Part shown: positions 1-9,144 of the stretch, piece by piece
Layout of the letters: every line of letters starts with the position of its first letter
Position numbering within the stretch: the first letter of the stretch is position 1
Virus record (IMG/VR): IMGVR_UViG_3300043570_002257
Location: 1-64,000 of that record
DNA: 64,000 nucleotides
Direction: 5' to 3' (one strand)
DNA from: a virus
Notes under the pieces: generated by a model
Databases searched by the model: none
Seen by the model: the letters and a program-made list of their open reading frames with translations, nothing else
Told to the model about the DNA's origin: nothing
Made by a program: the position numbers and the translations under genes

Positions 1-607
1 TAATGATTTCAGCACTTGTACCACCACTTGTTGTTGCAATAGTGTTACCACCCATTACAACAAGTCTTACTTCTGTAATGATTTCATTAGATTCTGAGTT
101 TAACTCAAAACTATTGTTATCTAAATGGTGAATTTCAAATGATAATAAGTTACCATCAATGCTTAATGCTTGAACTAAAATGTTTGCTGTACCTATATTG
201 TGATTTACAATATTGATTCCTGGTAAAATATTTCTTATAATACTGTATTGTCTTACATTACTACCACCTGTAAGCTTGAACATTTTTTGAGCAAGCAATA
301 CACCTTCTAACATTCCTTCAGTGTAAGTCTTTGAATTTTCTTGTACGTAGTATGAATTATGTCCCTCACAAACTAGTGCAAAATTTAACACATAAAAGTC
401 TTGAGGTAATTTACCTTTACCTTTATGTATTTCTATAGCTTTTGAACGCGAAGGGTTTACCTTAAGACCCAGTTCATAATTAACCTTCATTGCAACTTTG
501 ATAAGTTGTTGAGGATCTATTGAACTTTCTAAGTCATAAGTTCTCATGTCTATCTTGACACTTTCAAGTAGTTCATCAAATTCTTTATATTGTACTTCAG
601 TCAACAT
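1..607 (-). CDS. Partial CDS (runs off the left edge), putative tail/neck ring structural protein
   Basis: ATG at 607-605 opens a frame reading MLTEVQYKEFDELLESVKIDMRTYDLESSIDPQQLIKVA... with no stop seen before position 1. It is absent from the ORF track because it is truncated. It follows the ring-like gene in the virion operon. Confidence 0.6.
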   Translation of the reverse strand, partial: MLTEVQYKEFDELLESVKIDMRTYDLESSIDPQQLIKVAMKVNYELGLKVNPSRSKAIEIHKGKGKLPQDFYVLNFALVCEGHNSYYVQENSKTYTEGMLEGVLLAQKMFKLTGGSNVRQYSIIRNILPGINIVNHNIGTANILVQALSIDGNLLSFEIHHLDNNSFELNSESNEIITEVRLVVMGGNTIATTSGGTSAEII

Positions 608-623
608 CGTTTTTTATATTAAA

Positions 624-1295
624 TTATCTAGCAGTGTGTTTAAGATCTTGTGCAGCATCTTGTGGAATCTGCATCATTAATCCTAAATCTCTCATAGCAA
701 GTTGTTCTATTTCAGGAAATAAGTGTTCAGGAACATTATAAGGACTATCTTGAATAAACTGACAGTCATCAGCAGGATCACAGTTATAGTTAGAAATGTC
801 ACCTTCAAACACACCTTCAATTCTTACAGCATCCCATTCTAAATTAGGAAAATACAGATGACCATCTAAATACCAATAATATTTTTTCTTATTATACTTA
901 AATGTTTTTTGTCTTTCCATTTGTTGGAAAGTTGTTGGATATGTGCTTGTAAGATCTTCTGACAAATCTAATGATGTAACAGCTCTAATTAAAGGTCCCC
1001 AATATCCATCATATAACTCAGGTAGTTTATCTTTTGTTCTTTTAAAATAACAACCTGTGTCAATACCATGACATTGAGCTTGTGCTCTGTCTACTTCAAT
1101 CAGTTCCACAAAATCTAAAGTTTGAAATACTGATTGATATTTCATAATGCGATTCAAGTTATCTTGTCTACGCATCATTAGTTTTGCATGCTTGTTAACA
1201 AGAGAGTACAAGAAACGGTCAGTTAAGAAAGCGTCTTGCTTAACTGCTTTTACTTGGTTACGCACCCTTGATAATACTTCACCTATTGTAATCAT
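624..1295 (-). CDS. Putative tail tubular/ring (head-tail connector) protein, crAss-like
   Basis: 223 aa; N-terminus MITIGEVLSRVRNQVK..DAFLTDRFLYSL and YYWYLDGHLYFPN resemble crAss-like ring proteins; position in the virion module. Confidence 0.55.
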   Translation of the reverse strand: MITIGEVLSRVRNQVKAVKQDAFLTDRFLYSLVNKHAKLMMRRQDNLNRIMKYQSVFQTLDFVELIEVDRAQAQCHGIDTGCYFKRTKDKLPELYDGYWGPLIRAVTSLDLSEDLTSTYPTTFQQMERQKTFKYNKKKYYWYLDGHLYFPNLEWDAVRIEGVFEGDISNYNCDPADDCQFIQDSPYNVPEHLFPEIEQLAMRDLGLMMQIPQDAAQDLKHTAR

Positions 1296-1298
1296 TTG

Positions 1299-1877
1299 TT
1301 ATAATTCAAATTCGTTATACATTGATATGTCTTGTTCAACCTGTTCTTTAAAAGATTCATAACCTTTAGTTCTGAACATACTTGATATTTTTATCTTAGG
1401 ATCAATTTCTACATATAACTTCCATTTTTCAGGATATGTTTTACTGACCATTCTTTTAAATGCTCTTGTAGGTTTGAATCCCCAAAGCTCATGATTTTTA
1501 AATCTATACTTTGTACCATAAGTAGTATAGAAAATCTTTGCTAAATGTTGATCACTTTCCCAGTTGCGAAATTCTATGACTTTCATATATTCAGCACTGG
1601 TCTTGTAGTCAACATTTGGACTACGCCTTGGTTGACAAGTTCCTATGAATAGATGTCCAATTTGTTCTGGAATCTCAACACCATCTCTATTCTCAATCAC
1701 AGTAGACCAAAGGTTTGTGTTGAATGTGTGAATTATCTTCTTTACATCAGCAGCACTAAGGTCTTTTGCAGAAGGAACTTTTTGTTTAAGTAACTCAATA
1801 AATTCTGAGTTTAAAGTTCCTTCAGCACTGGGTCTAAAACGAGGTGCATTAAGATTTGGTTTTCTTGCATCTTTCAT
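1299..1877 (-). CDS. IHF/HU-like DNA-binding protein
   Basis: DVKKIIHTFN..WSTVIENRDGVEIPEQIGHLFI and FKPTRAFKR match the HU/IHF pattern; IHF-like genes are typical of crAss-like virion modules. Confidence 0.65.
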   Translation of the reverse strand: MKDARKPNLNAPRFRPSAEGTLNSEFIELLKQKVPSAKDLSAADVKKIIHTFNTNLWSTVIENRDGVEIPEQIGHLFIGTCQPRRSPNVDYKTSAEYMKVIEFRNWESDQHLAKIFYTTYGTKYRFKNHELWGFKPTRAFKRMVSKTYPEKWKLYVEIDPKIKISSMFRTKGYESFKEQVEQDISMYNEFEL

Positions 1878-1939
1878 ATGTTACCTACAATAAGAATTTA
1901 CTAAATTTTTGGGACATTATAAAGAACTTCTTTGATTAA

Positions 1940-3286
1940 TTAGACTGTATATGTGAATTCACTTATAAGTCCCTTGCTAGAGTCATGTATATGAATGATT
2001 GCAGAACGTGAGTTTCCAACGTATTTGTTATGATAATGGTAGTAATCTGAAGATGTCAATGCTGGAATTATTCTTGTTACAAAACCATTTTGTTCATTCT
2101 CAGTTACAAATTGAGTTGTTTTACGTCCATGATAATGACCTGTGTAAAGCATTCTATATTTAGAAAAACCCCATTCACTAGCAAATTCCACAGCATATAC
2201 TAATGGATTGTTTTTTGCTGTTACATCACCATGTTCAAAACATAACATGTTTAAACCATATGTAACAACCTTTCTCTCAGCGTAGGTTACATTAAATTCT
2301 ATGTCTTCCCAACTCTTAAATGCTTGAGATACAGCATGTAACAAATGAAATGAACTTAATCTGTCATGATTACCAGGTATAAACAATACTTCTAATTTCT
2401 CACAGAACTGTTTAGCTATACCAATTGCTTGGCATATTCCATCAAATGCTTTTATGTAAGCTTCAGTTGCCATCTCAGAATTCTCAACTGGAGTTCCTTT
2501 TGTAGTTGTACCACCAAAGGTATCCATGTTAAGCGTATCTGGGCCTATTACAAACACTATCTTCTCTAAGACATAGTTTGTATGAGCTTTCTCAATTAAG
2601 TAGCTTACAGAGGCTCTGAGGATCTCTGCCATGTCTTCATTACCTACTTTGCCAAAGTGCAAGTCTTGTAATGATAAAACCCCACATACTTTTTCTTTAG
2701 AACTAGTGTTCTGCCAAAAAGCTGCAGGGTCAAGTGGTGTTATTTGAGGTATCTGATAAGTTTCAAGTAACTCAAGAAAAGTACTTTGTATTTTTTCTTC
2801 TTGTGGTACTCTACTTACTAATGCTGATACTAACCATTTTGTACCTTTCTCTTTATTCCAATACTGAGAAAGTTTCCAAATTTTTGTGTCAATTTTTAGA
2901 AGTGAGATAATCTCTTCTGCACTACGTGGTTCTGTTGCAGAAAGACCTACAATTTTACTAGTGCCTGATTCTAAGTCTTCATGAATTTCAATTCTTTTAG
3001 AATCTTCATCTCTGTTGTGAAACCTGTCTTTGGCGTCAACACCAAGTTGTTGTTCTAGTTCAAATAATATTTCTTCATTTGAAATTGATTCAGATTTTTT
3101 TGTTAAATTTGCTTCTACCATTTGGATGATTACAGAATCTATTCTGGAACCTGCATCATTTAAAACTTTAATGACTTCTTCTTTTATCTTTTGGTAATAA
3201 GATATTGAAATACCTAGTCTTTGAGATTCAGCTTCTGCTGACTTCTTTCTTTTTAAGCTATGGTATACTGCTGCAATAATATTCAT
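1940..3286 (-). CDS. Calcineurin-like metallophosphoesterase with N-terminal HTH-like region
   Basis: Motifs DLHFG, GPD, PGNHD, EHGD, GHYH. Confidence 0.8.
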   Translation of the reverse strand: MNIIAAVYHSLKRKKSAEAESQRLGISISYYQKIKEEVIKVLNDAGSRIDSVIIQMVEANLTKKSESISNEEILFELEQQLGVDAKDRFHNRDEDSKRIEIHEDLESGTSKIVGLSATEPRSAEEIISLLKIDTKIWKLSQYWNKEKGTKWLVSALVSRVPQEEKIQSTFLELLETYQIPQITPLDPAAFWQNTSSKEKVCGVLSLQDLHFGKVGNEDMAEILRASVSYLIEKAHTNYVLEKIVFVIGPDTLNMDTFGGTTTKGTPVENSEMATEAYIKAFDGICQAIGIAKQFCEKLEVLFIPGNHDRLSSFHLLHAVSQAFKSWEDIEFNVTYAERKVVTYGLNMLCFEHGDVTAKNNPLVYAVEFASEWGFSKYRMLYTGHYHGRKTTQFVTENEQNGFVTRIIPALTSSDYYHYHNKYVGNSRSAIIHIHDSSKGLISEFTYTV

Positions 3287-3450
3287 AGGTTATTTTTATT
3301 ATGGTTAAACTTTAGCAAAAATAAGAAATTAATTAACAATTTCTTATAAATGCAATGGTTTTTAAAAAGATACCCCCAGCTCTCGCCAGGGGCACTTCTA
3401 TCAAAACAATAGGAAAACCAACAAACCTAAAGTCAGATTATTTTTGAATA

Positions 3451-5211
3451 TTAACCATTTATAAGTGCAAAACATTCTGCACTAGCAGTACAAGGACCTC
3501 CCATTACAATTGAGATAACATTAATAGGTTGATCTTGTCCAGCAACACCATATCTAAATACAGGTGCTCCACTTATACTGCATATTGCAAATTGAAGTCC
3601 TGAACCAGTATCTAGAGTAGGTAACATTGTAGTATTAATCAATACATATCCTGCAGTAATATCAGTGTAATGGAAATATAACATTTCACCACCAACCATT
3701 AACTCTTCATATGGTACAACTACAGTGTAACAAGTAGGTTCAGTTTGGTTTTCTTCACATGCTTCACCTTCTGCAAGATTTACTTCAGGAGAATTTGTTA
3801 CTGAGTCACTTAAAGCACAAAAGACATGAGTATCAAGACCACCAATACCACCTATTCCAAATTGTTGTGGAACTCCATTACAATCTGTATAGTTTACAGT
3901 TTGAATTTCAGCTGCTGTTGTTGTTGCAGTATAAGATATACATGGTGTAGGAGGAGGAGTACAAGCAAGTACTGTAACACTTGATGTTGTTTGAACCTCA
4001 CAACTTCCAGATGCACTAATTTTGTAAACTTTTATATAATATGTACCAGCAGTTACTCCTGTAAATGTGTGAGTATATGTTGAGGCTGTGCCTGTTACAA
4101 TAAAATCATGATATTGTAAAGGAACAGTAGGTGCACTTGTACTAACTAATTCTACAGTTAAGTTTGTTGCTGCTCCTATAGCAGCGTCATTAAATGTTAA
4201 TTCAACAGTTTCACAATCTACAGAATCACTATAAAATTCTGTTACAGGTACACATATTGGTGAAGTACAAGCTTCTGTTTCTATTAAAACAGGACAAACT
4301 GTTCCACCGCATGATGCTGGTGTAACCACAGTTCTAGTTCTAGTTCTTGTATCTGCTTCACAAGCTGACCATTCGCTCCATGCGGAAACTACACAATCAA
4401 CAGGAACACAACATGCTTGAGTCTCAGTTAAAGTTGGGCATACTGTACCACCACAAGATGCGGGTGTTACAACTGTCCTTGTTCTTGTTTGAAAACCACC
4501 AACACATGACGACCAAGCACTCCATCCAGATACTACACAATCAACTGGTGTACAGCATGATCTAGTTTCAATTAATGTTGGACATGCAACACCACCATTT
4601 GATGCAGGTGTAGTTACAGTTCTAGTCCTTGTTTCAATACCATCAATACATGATGACCATGATGACCACGCTGAAACTACACAATCCACAGGAACTGTAC
4701 AACTTTGTGTATCTGTTAATGTAGGGCATGCTGTTCCACCACCACTAGTTGGTGTTATAATAGTACGTGTTCTTGTTTGTATTCCATCTGTACAAGTAGA
4801 CCAACTAGACCAAGCTGAAACCACACAATCTACAGGAACTGTACATGCTTGAGTTTCTGTTAGTGTAGGACAAGCAGTACCACCATTTTGAGGTGCTTGT
4901 ATAACTGTTCTTGTTCTTGTTTGCACACCATCAACACAAGTTGACCATGCTGACCAATCAGACACAACGCAGTTAACAACTGGAAGTGTACCATCGCAAC
5001 AATCACAAATTCTTGCAGCAAGAGTTTGAATTACTTGGTTAATATTTACACCAGGTAAAATTCCTAAACAAGGAATGGCAGGTCCAGTATATCTTACGCA
5101 TGTGTCAAGAACAATCTCTTCACATGGTTCACCTATACAATCTGGTGGTGGTGGAGCTGGAACACATGGTGTTGGCTCTGTACAAGGTTGACAATATTGA
5201 TTAGGATACAT
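3451..5211 (-). CDS. Cys-rich putative virion surface protein with 5 thrombospondin type-1 (spondin-like) repeats and an FN3/Ig-like region
   Basis: Five (D/N)CVVSxWSxWSxC..(T)RTRTV..P..GG..CP.L.ET..C units; N-terminal CVRYTGPAIPCLGI motif shared with the neighbouring gene. Confidence 0.8.
   Translation of the reverse strand: MYPNQYCQPCTEPTPCVPAPPPPDCIGEPCEEIVLDTCVRYTGPAIPCLGILPGVNINQVIQTLAARICDCCDGTLPVVNCVVSDWSAWSTCVDGVQTRTRTVIQAPQNGGTACPTLTETQACTVPVDCVVSAWSSWSTCTDGIQTRTRTIITPTSGGGTACPTLTDTQSCTVPVDCVVSAWSSWSSCIDGIETRTRTVTTPASNGGVACPTLIETRSCCTPVDCVVSGWSAWSSCVGGFQTRTRTVVTPASCGGTVCPTLTETQACCVPVDCVVSAWSEWSACEADTRTRTRTVVTPASCGGTVCPVLIETEACTSPICVPVTEFYSDSVDCETVELTFNDAAIGAATNLTVELVSTSAPTVPLQYHDFIVTGTASTYTHTFTGVTAGTYYIKVYKISASGSCEVQTTSSVTVLACTPPPTPCISYTATTTAAEIQTVNYTDCNGVPQQFGIGGIGGLDTHVFCALSDSVTNSPEVNLAEGEACEENQTEPTCYTVVVPYEELMVGGEMLYFHYTDITAGYVLINTTMLPTLDTGSGLQFAICSISGAPVFRYGVAGQDQPINVISIVMGGPCTASAECFALING
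4267..4974 (-). repeat. Five tandem 144-nt (48-aa) TSP1-encoding repeats
   Basis: Direct comparison of the translated units; 4x48+44 aa = 708 nt. Confidence 0.9.
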
Positions 5212-5237
5212 TATATTTAAATTTTATTTGTTTATTA

Positions 5238-6806
5238 TTATGAACAGATTATTTCACCAGCACATGCTATAGCTCTATTAGTTGATATTGTTCCTAAGCA
5301 GTTATAAGTTTTAATCTTAGGTGTACAAGGATCATCTATACCACATTTTACATATTTTTGTGATTCATAAATGTGTTCTACTGTAGACACACCTGTTGCA
5401 AATGTTTTTGTAATAGATTCTAATACAAACATACTACAATCACCATCTACATCATAATTTAATACTGCTGTAAAAGGAGCAATTGTATTTGCTACAGTAT
5501 TACCTGTTGATATGTCTTTTAATGTTAGTATTGTTTTTCTTCTTTTTGTCAAATATGTATCACCATCACATATTGCGTTAAACTCATCATGCACAATATC
5601 TTCAACACTAATACAATAAAGCACTGCAGATAATGCAATTATACCAACTGTTGTTGTAACTGTTGAATCATCACATGAATATTGAGCAATAACTTGTATT
5701 TGATAATTTTTAGTAGGGTCTGGCACAATTGTAATTGTGTGACTATTTGTACCAAATGGTTTAGTTACATTTAATATTGGTGAACCAACAATAGATGTTC
5801 CATTCCACTCATATGCTTTTACTAGATAACTTAATGGTGCTTCTGATACAGATCCTGTATTAGGTGCAGACCATGTAATTGTTGATCCTGAAGTAGTTAA
5901 ATTAGTTATTTGAAGATTTGAAACAGGAACAGGAATACATGGTAATGTACCATTTGAACAACAATTACTAACTGCTGTTCTCATATCACAGATTGTCAAC
6001 CACATATTTACTATAGTTTCTGACAAAGTAGTTGGATTTGCAACCCAACCAGCAATTTGTGACATTGTATTTGCAGGAGTAGTTAATTGTGCAGCAGCAT
6101 CTAAGCCAGCACATTCTTTTCCTATTGCTGTTGATAAAGCTGCGTTAGTTCCTAACAATGTTGTTAATTGACAAAACTTACTTTCAAATGCTGAAAAAGC
6201 TTGTCCAATAGGAATAACTGCTCCTGGTGTTGCACTACTTGCACATTGAGATACAACAGATATTGTTGTTCCTGTACCACCACCACCTGTATTTGATTCT
6301 AATACAGTAACTCTATTTTGTAAATTTGTAATTGTTAAGTTAATACTTGTTATTTCATCTATGATTTCACATATTTTAGATGCCAAGTATGCACTATAAT
6401 CATTTGGAAGTAATGCAGTTATTTCATCTCCATCTTCTGTAAAATACAAACATGCAGGTAATGAAATTGGTAATACTGTACCACCACCTCCAGAACCCTC
6501 ATCACAACAATTATCTTCAAAATAACATTGCTTATCAATAATCAATTGCAATGCTTGAACAATTGTAGTAGGTTCAACAGCACCTGTAGGTACTAAACAT
6601 TTGAAATCTAAAGTAGTAAGATCAATAACTCCAGAAGCTATCTCACATAACTTTATTGCTAACTCATAAACAACATCTGTAATTGAGTCTCCTTTGCAAA
6701 GTTCAATGCAAGGAATATCTGGACCTTGCCAAATAACGCATGAAGATGATATTTTTGTACATCCATCTTCAGGTTTTAAATTTAAGTTGCTGTTTATAGG
6801 TTTCAT
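5238..6806 (-). CDS. Cys-rich putative virion/fiber protein with short coiled coil and FN3 domain
   Basis: SCVIWQGPDIPCIELCKGDSITDVV motif; coiled coil ITSINLTITNLQNRVTVLE; FN3 pattern PVSNLQITNLTTSGSTITWSAP..SYLVKAY..NYQIQVIA. Confidence 0.65.
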   Translation of the reverse strand: MKPINSNLNLKPEDGCTKISSSCVIWQGPDIPCIELCKGDSITDVVYELAIKLCEIASGVIDLTTLDFKCLVPTGAVEPTTIVQALQLIIDKQCYFEDNCCDEGSGGGGTVLPISLPACLYFTEDGDEITALLPNDYSAYLASKICEIIDEITSINLTITNLQNRVTVLESNTGGGGTGTTISVVSQCASSATPGAVIPIGQAFSAFESKFCQLTTLLGTNAALSTAIGKECAGLDAAAQLTTPANTMSQIAGWVANPTTLSETIVNMWLTICDMRTAVSNCCSNGTLPCIPVPVSNLQITNLTTSGSTITWSAPNTGSVSEAPLSYLVKAYEWNGTSIVGSPILNVTKPFGTNSHTITIVPDPTKNYQIQVIAQYSCDDSTVTTTVGIIALSAVLYCISVEDIVHDEFNAICDGDTYLTKRRKTILTLKDISTGNTVANTIAPFTAVLNYDVDGDCSMFVLESITKTFATGVSTVEHIYESQKYVKCGIDDPCTPKIKTYNCLGTISTNRAIACAGEIICS

Positions 6807-7030
6807 TATATTGTCTTGATTTTTTCTTCAATACTAATTTTTGAACAACTTCCACCAAATGTTAACCCACAAGTATTCAATTCAAGAGTTCTTAAATAAA
6901 GTTCTCTCATATCACTTGCATATTCAGCATTAACAGTTGTCTTACAAGATTTTAAACCATAACGCGTTTTCTTGTAGGAAACAAATACTGCATCTGCAAA
7001 TACTTCACTTATGCGTTCTAATGGATCCAT
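6806..7030 (-). CDS. Small hypothetical protein (virion operon)
   Basis: 74 aa, stop overlaps the next ATG. Confidence 0.65.
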   Translation of the reverse strand: MDPLERISEVFADAVFVSYKKTRYGLKSCKTTVNAEYASDMRELYLRTLELNTCGLTFGGSCSKISIEEKIKTI

Positions 7031-7031
7031 A

Positions 7032-7220
7032 TTATGTGTTGTTTGTTTTATTTTGATCTGTACTCAAAGAAGGTTTAACCACTTGATTCTCAGATTGTGT
7101 TTTCAGTTTAAGTTGATTCTCAAAGTTTGTAACACATGTGCCACATACTTCTCTACCATTTGATGCAATTCTTTTTTGACATCCACATGATAATTTTGAT
7201 CCACAGTTTTGACAATTCAT
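7032..7220 (-). CDS. Small Cys-rich (CxxC/CxC/CxxC) protein
   Basis: MNCQNCGSKLSCGCQKR..VCGTC; tightly packed in the operon. Confidence 0.7.
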   Translation of the reverse strand: MNCQNCGSKLSCGCQKRIASNGREVCGTCVTNFENQLKLKTQSENQVVKPSLSTDQNKTNNT

Positions 7221-7244
7221 CTTTTTAGGTTTTAATTTTTTATA

Positions 7245-7808
7245 TTAAGGGCATGTTACACAGCAACCTGTCATATATTTTTTAAGCAACTTGTCAGCAT
7301 ATGCTAACATTTCAACACCTTGCTTAGGTGCGTGACAATATTCTGTCTTAGCTTTTGCAGCATCAATGTACATTTTTATATAACGTAAGTCATGTAATTT
7401 TTGATGTTGCTGTGGTGAAGGCTCACAAGGTTCTAATTGTACTTTACAAAGTTCTTTGTAATAAGCATTCATAATTGTTGTTGTTCTTAAATGATAATAT
7501 TCAACAAACACTTTTTCGTTTGGTGAAACACTATATTTAATTGTGTATAGTCCATCAGGCAAAGAAATTAAAGTCTCTGCTAGAGGATGTTGTAAACTAA
7601 AGTCTTTTGCATTTAAATTAATTGCAAAACCAGGAGCAATCTTGGGTTCTGTAATATATAAAGGTTCTGTAAATCCAGGAAAGAATATGTCTAACCTAGG
7701 ACAGTCTACAGGTAATGTCTCAGCATAACTAGAACTATCCCATATTTTGAGAATAGTATCACAAGCTGTATCTGGGATATCTAACGCCAGAATATGTTTT
7801 ATTGCCAT
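7245..7808 (-). CDS. Hypothetical structural protein
   Basis: 187 aa; LPDGLYTIKYSVSPN motif; first gene after a putative late promoter. Confidence 0.6.
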   Translation of the reverse strand: MAIKHILALDIPDTACDTILKIWDSSSYAETLPVDCPRLDIFFPGFTEPLYITEPKIAPGFAINLNAKDFSLQHPLAETLISLPDGLYTIKYSVSPNEKVFVEYYHLRTTTIMNAYYKELCKVQLEPCEPSPQQHQKLHDLRYIKMYIDAAKAKTEYCHAPKQGVEMLAYADKLLKKYMTGCCVTCP

Positions 7809-7876
7809 GGTTTGAATTTATTATAATAGAATCTCTACACTTAGAATTTACAAAAAAAAACTAACATAAACAAAAA

Positions 7877-7909
7877 AAGGAGGGAAGAGTTGCACCCTTC
7901 TCCTCCTTC
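7877..7909 (-). terminator. Intrinsic terminator after the 384-aa gene
   Basis: Imperfect inverted repeat AAGGAGGGAAG/CTTCTCCTCCTT with an A-run on the left (U-tail on the minus strand). Confidence 0.6.
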
Positions 7910-7939
7910 TTTGCAATGTATGGAAAGCAAGATCAGTTA

Positions 7940-9094
7940 TTACAACTGAACTTGAAGTTGTACATGATTACCAGAACTTAACAACAATGTGTTAAAGTAA
8001 GTTTCAAATGCAGCAACACGAGCATCAACAATAACTTTTACCAAGTATTGATCAGCATCCATCATACCAGTAGGGTTGCTCTTACGAGGAACACTATGTA
8101 AAATGTGATAAGTGTAGTACTTAGCGTTACGAGACAACTCAGTAAGAGTAGTATCATCTAACACTTCACGTAAACGTGAATCTTGAGTCCAAGGCTCTTG
8201 TTGATATCTTTTAGCTAAGATTAACTCTCTAACTAAAGTTTCACCATAACCTTTTCCTTGGTAAGCAACAGTAACTTCTGCAACTGAGAAACAAGACTCA
8301 GAACAAGGATCACCAGTTGAATCAACTGCAGATGCATAGATATAAACTGGCTCAATTTCAAAATGATCTTTAGGATCAAAAGAACAGTTACCAAATTTAG
8401 TGTCTACATAAGCACCAGTCAACTTCAATTGTACCCATTTTTCATCTAAAGCAATAGTTGCCCAGTTTACAGGTTTTGTAGTTGTGATTACTGGAGTACC
8501 AGTTGAGTTGTCAGTGTACAATAAAGAAGCAGAAACAAAGTTACTAACAATAGCATCTTCTGCAATTGCAGTAGCCCATGCTTCGTAAACAATTGCTGAA
8601 TCAACTAAAGTTCCAGCAACATCACCTGCGCAACATCCTGTGAAAGCATCAACAGTTTTGTAAACGTTGTGAGTTAAAAAACGTAATGCAGCAGAACCTT
8701 TAACATCTACACGTAGACGGTAAGTTGTGTTACAAGTAATATCACAAGGAGCAGCAGCACCAACAGTGATTACGTGATTTACAGCGTTAGCTGGTTCAGT
8801 TACGTAGAATGCACTAACGTACTTAGGGTTGATACCTTTTGACTTTACAGTCTCTTTGTATCCACCGTGGAAAGGACCAATCTTGTCATTAGCGTGGAAG
8901 CTACCTTGAGCAAGATAAATTAATGGAGTTGCAGCATATGTAGGTGCAGCAGCGATGTCTTGGATAATGTTATCTTGTGCAGATACAACACCAATTTCAC
9001 CAGCAACCAATGCTAATGTGTTTTGCCCATCTTTAGTAGAGATACCATCTGTTCCTACTAAGACTTTTTGAAAGGCGTGTGGAAAATAAGCCAT
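7940..9094 (-). CDS. Putative auxiliary capsid/decoration protein
   Basis: 384 aa, strongly biased codon usage, downstream of the MCP as in crAss-like capsid modules. Confidence 0.55.
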   Translation of the reverse strand: MAYFPHAFQKVLVGTDGISTKDGQNTLALVAGEIGVVSAQDNIIQDIAAAPTYAATPLIYLAQGSFHANDKIGPFHGGYKETVKSKGINPKYVSAFYVTEPANAVNHVITVGAAAPCDITCNTTYRLRVDVKGSAALRFLTHNVYKTVDAFTGCCAGDVAGTLVDSAIVYEAWATAIAEDAIVSNFVSASLLYTDNSTGTPVITTTKPVNWATIALDEKWVQLKLTGAYVDTKFGNCSFDPKDHFEIEPVYIYASAVDSTGDPCSESCFSVAEVTVAYQGKGYGETLVRELILAKRYQQEPWTQDSRLREVLDDTTLTELSRNAKYYTYHILHSVPRKSNPTGMMDADQYLVKVIVDARVAAFETYFNTLLLSSGNHVQLQVQL

Positions 9095-9144
9095 AATTTT
9101 TATAATATTTAAAGGTTAAAAGAATTTATTTTTTTGTTTTTGTT

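Noticed and set aside
4267-4974. Regularly spaced repeats as a CRISPR array or DGR template/variable repeats
   Set aside because: The repeats are in-frame, degenerate at synonymous sites and have no unique spacers. No cas or reverse transcriptase gene is in the window.
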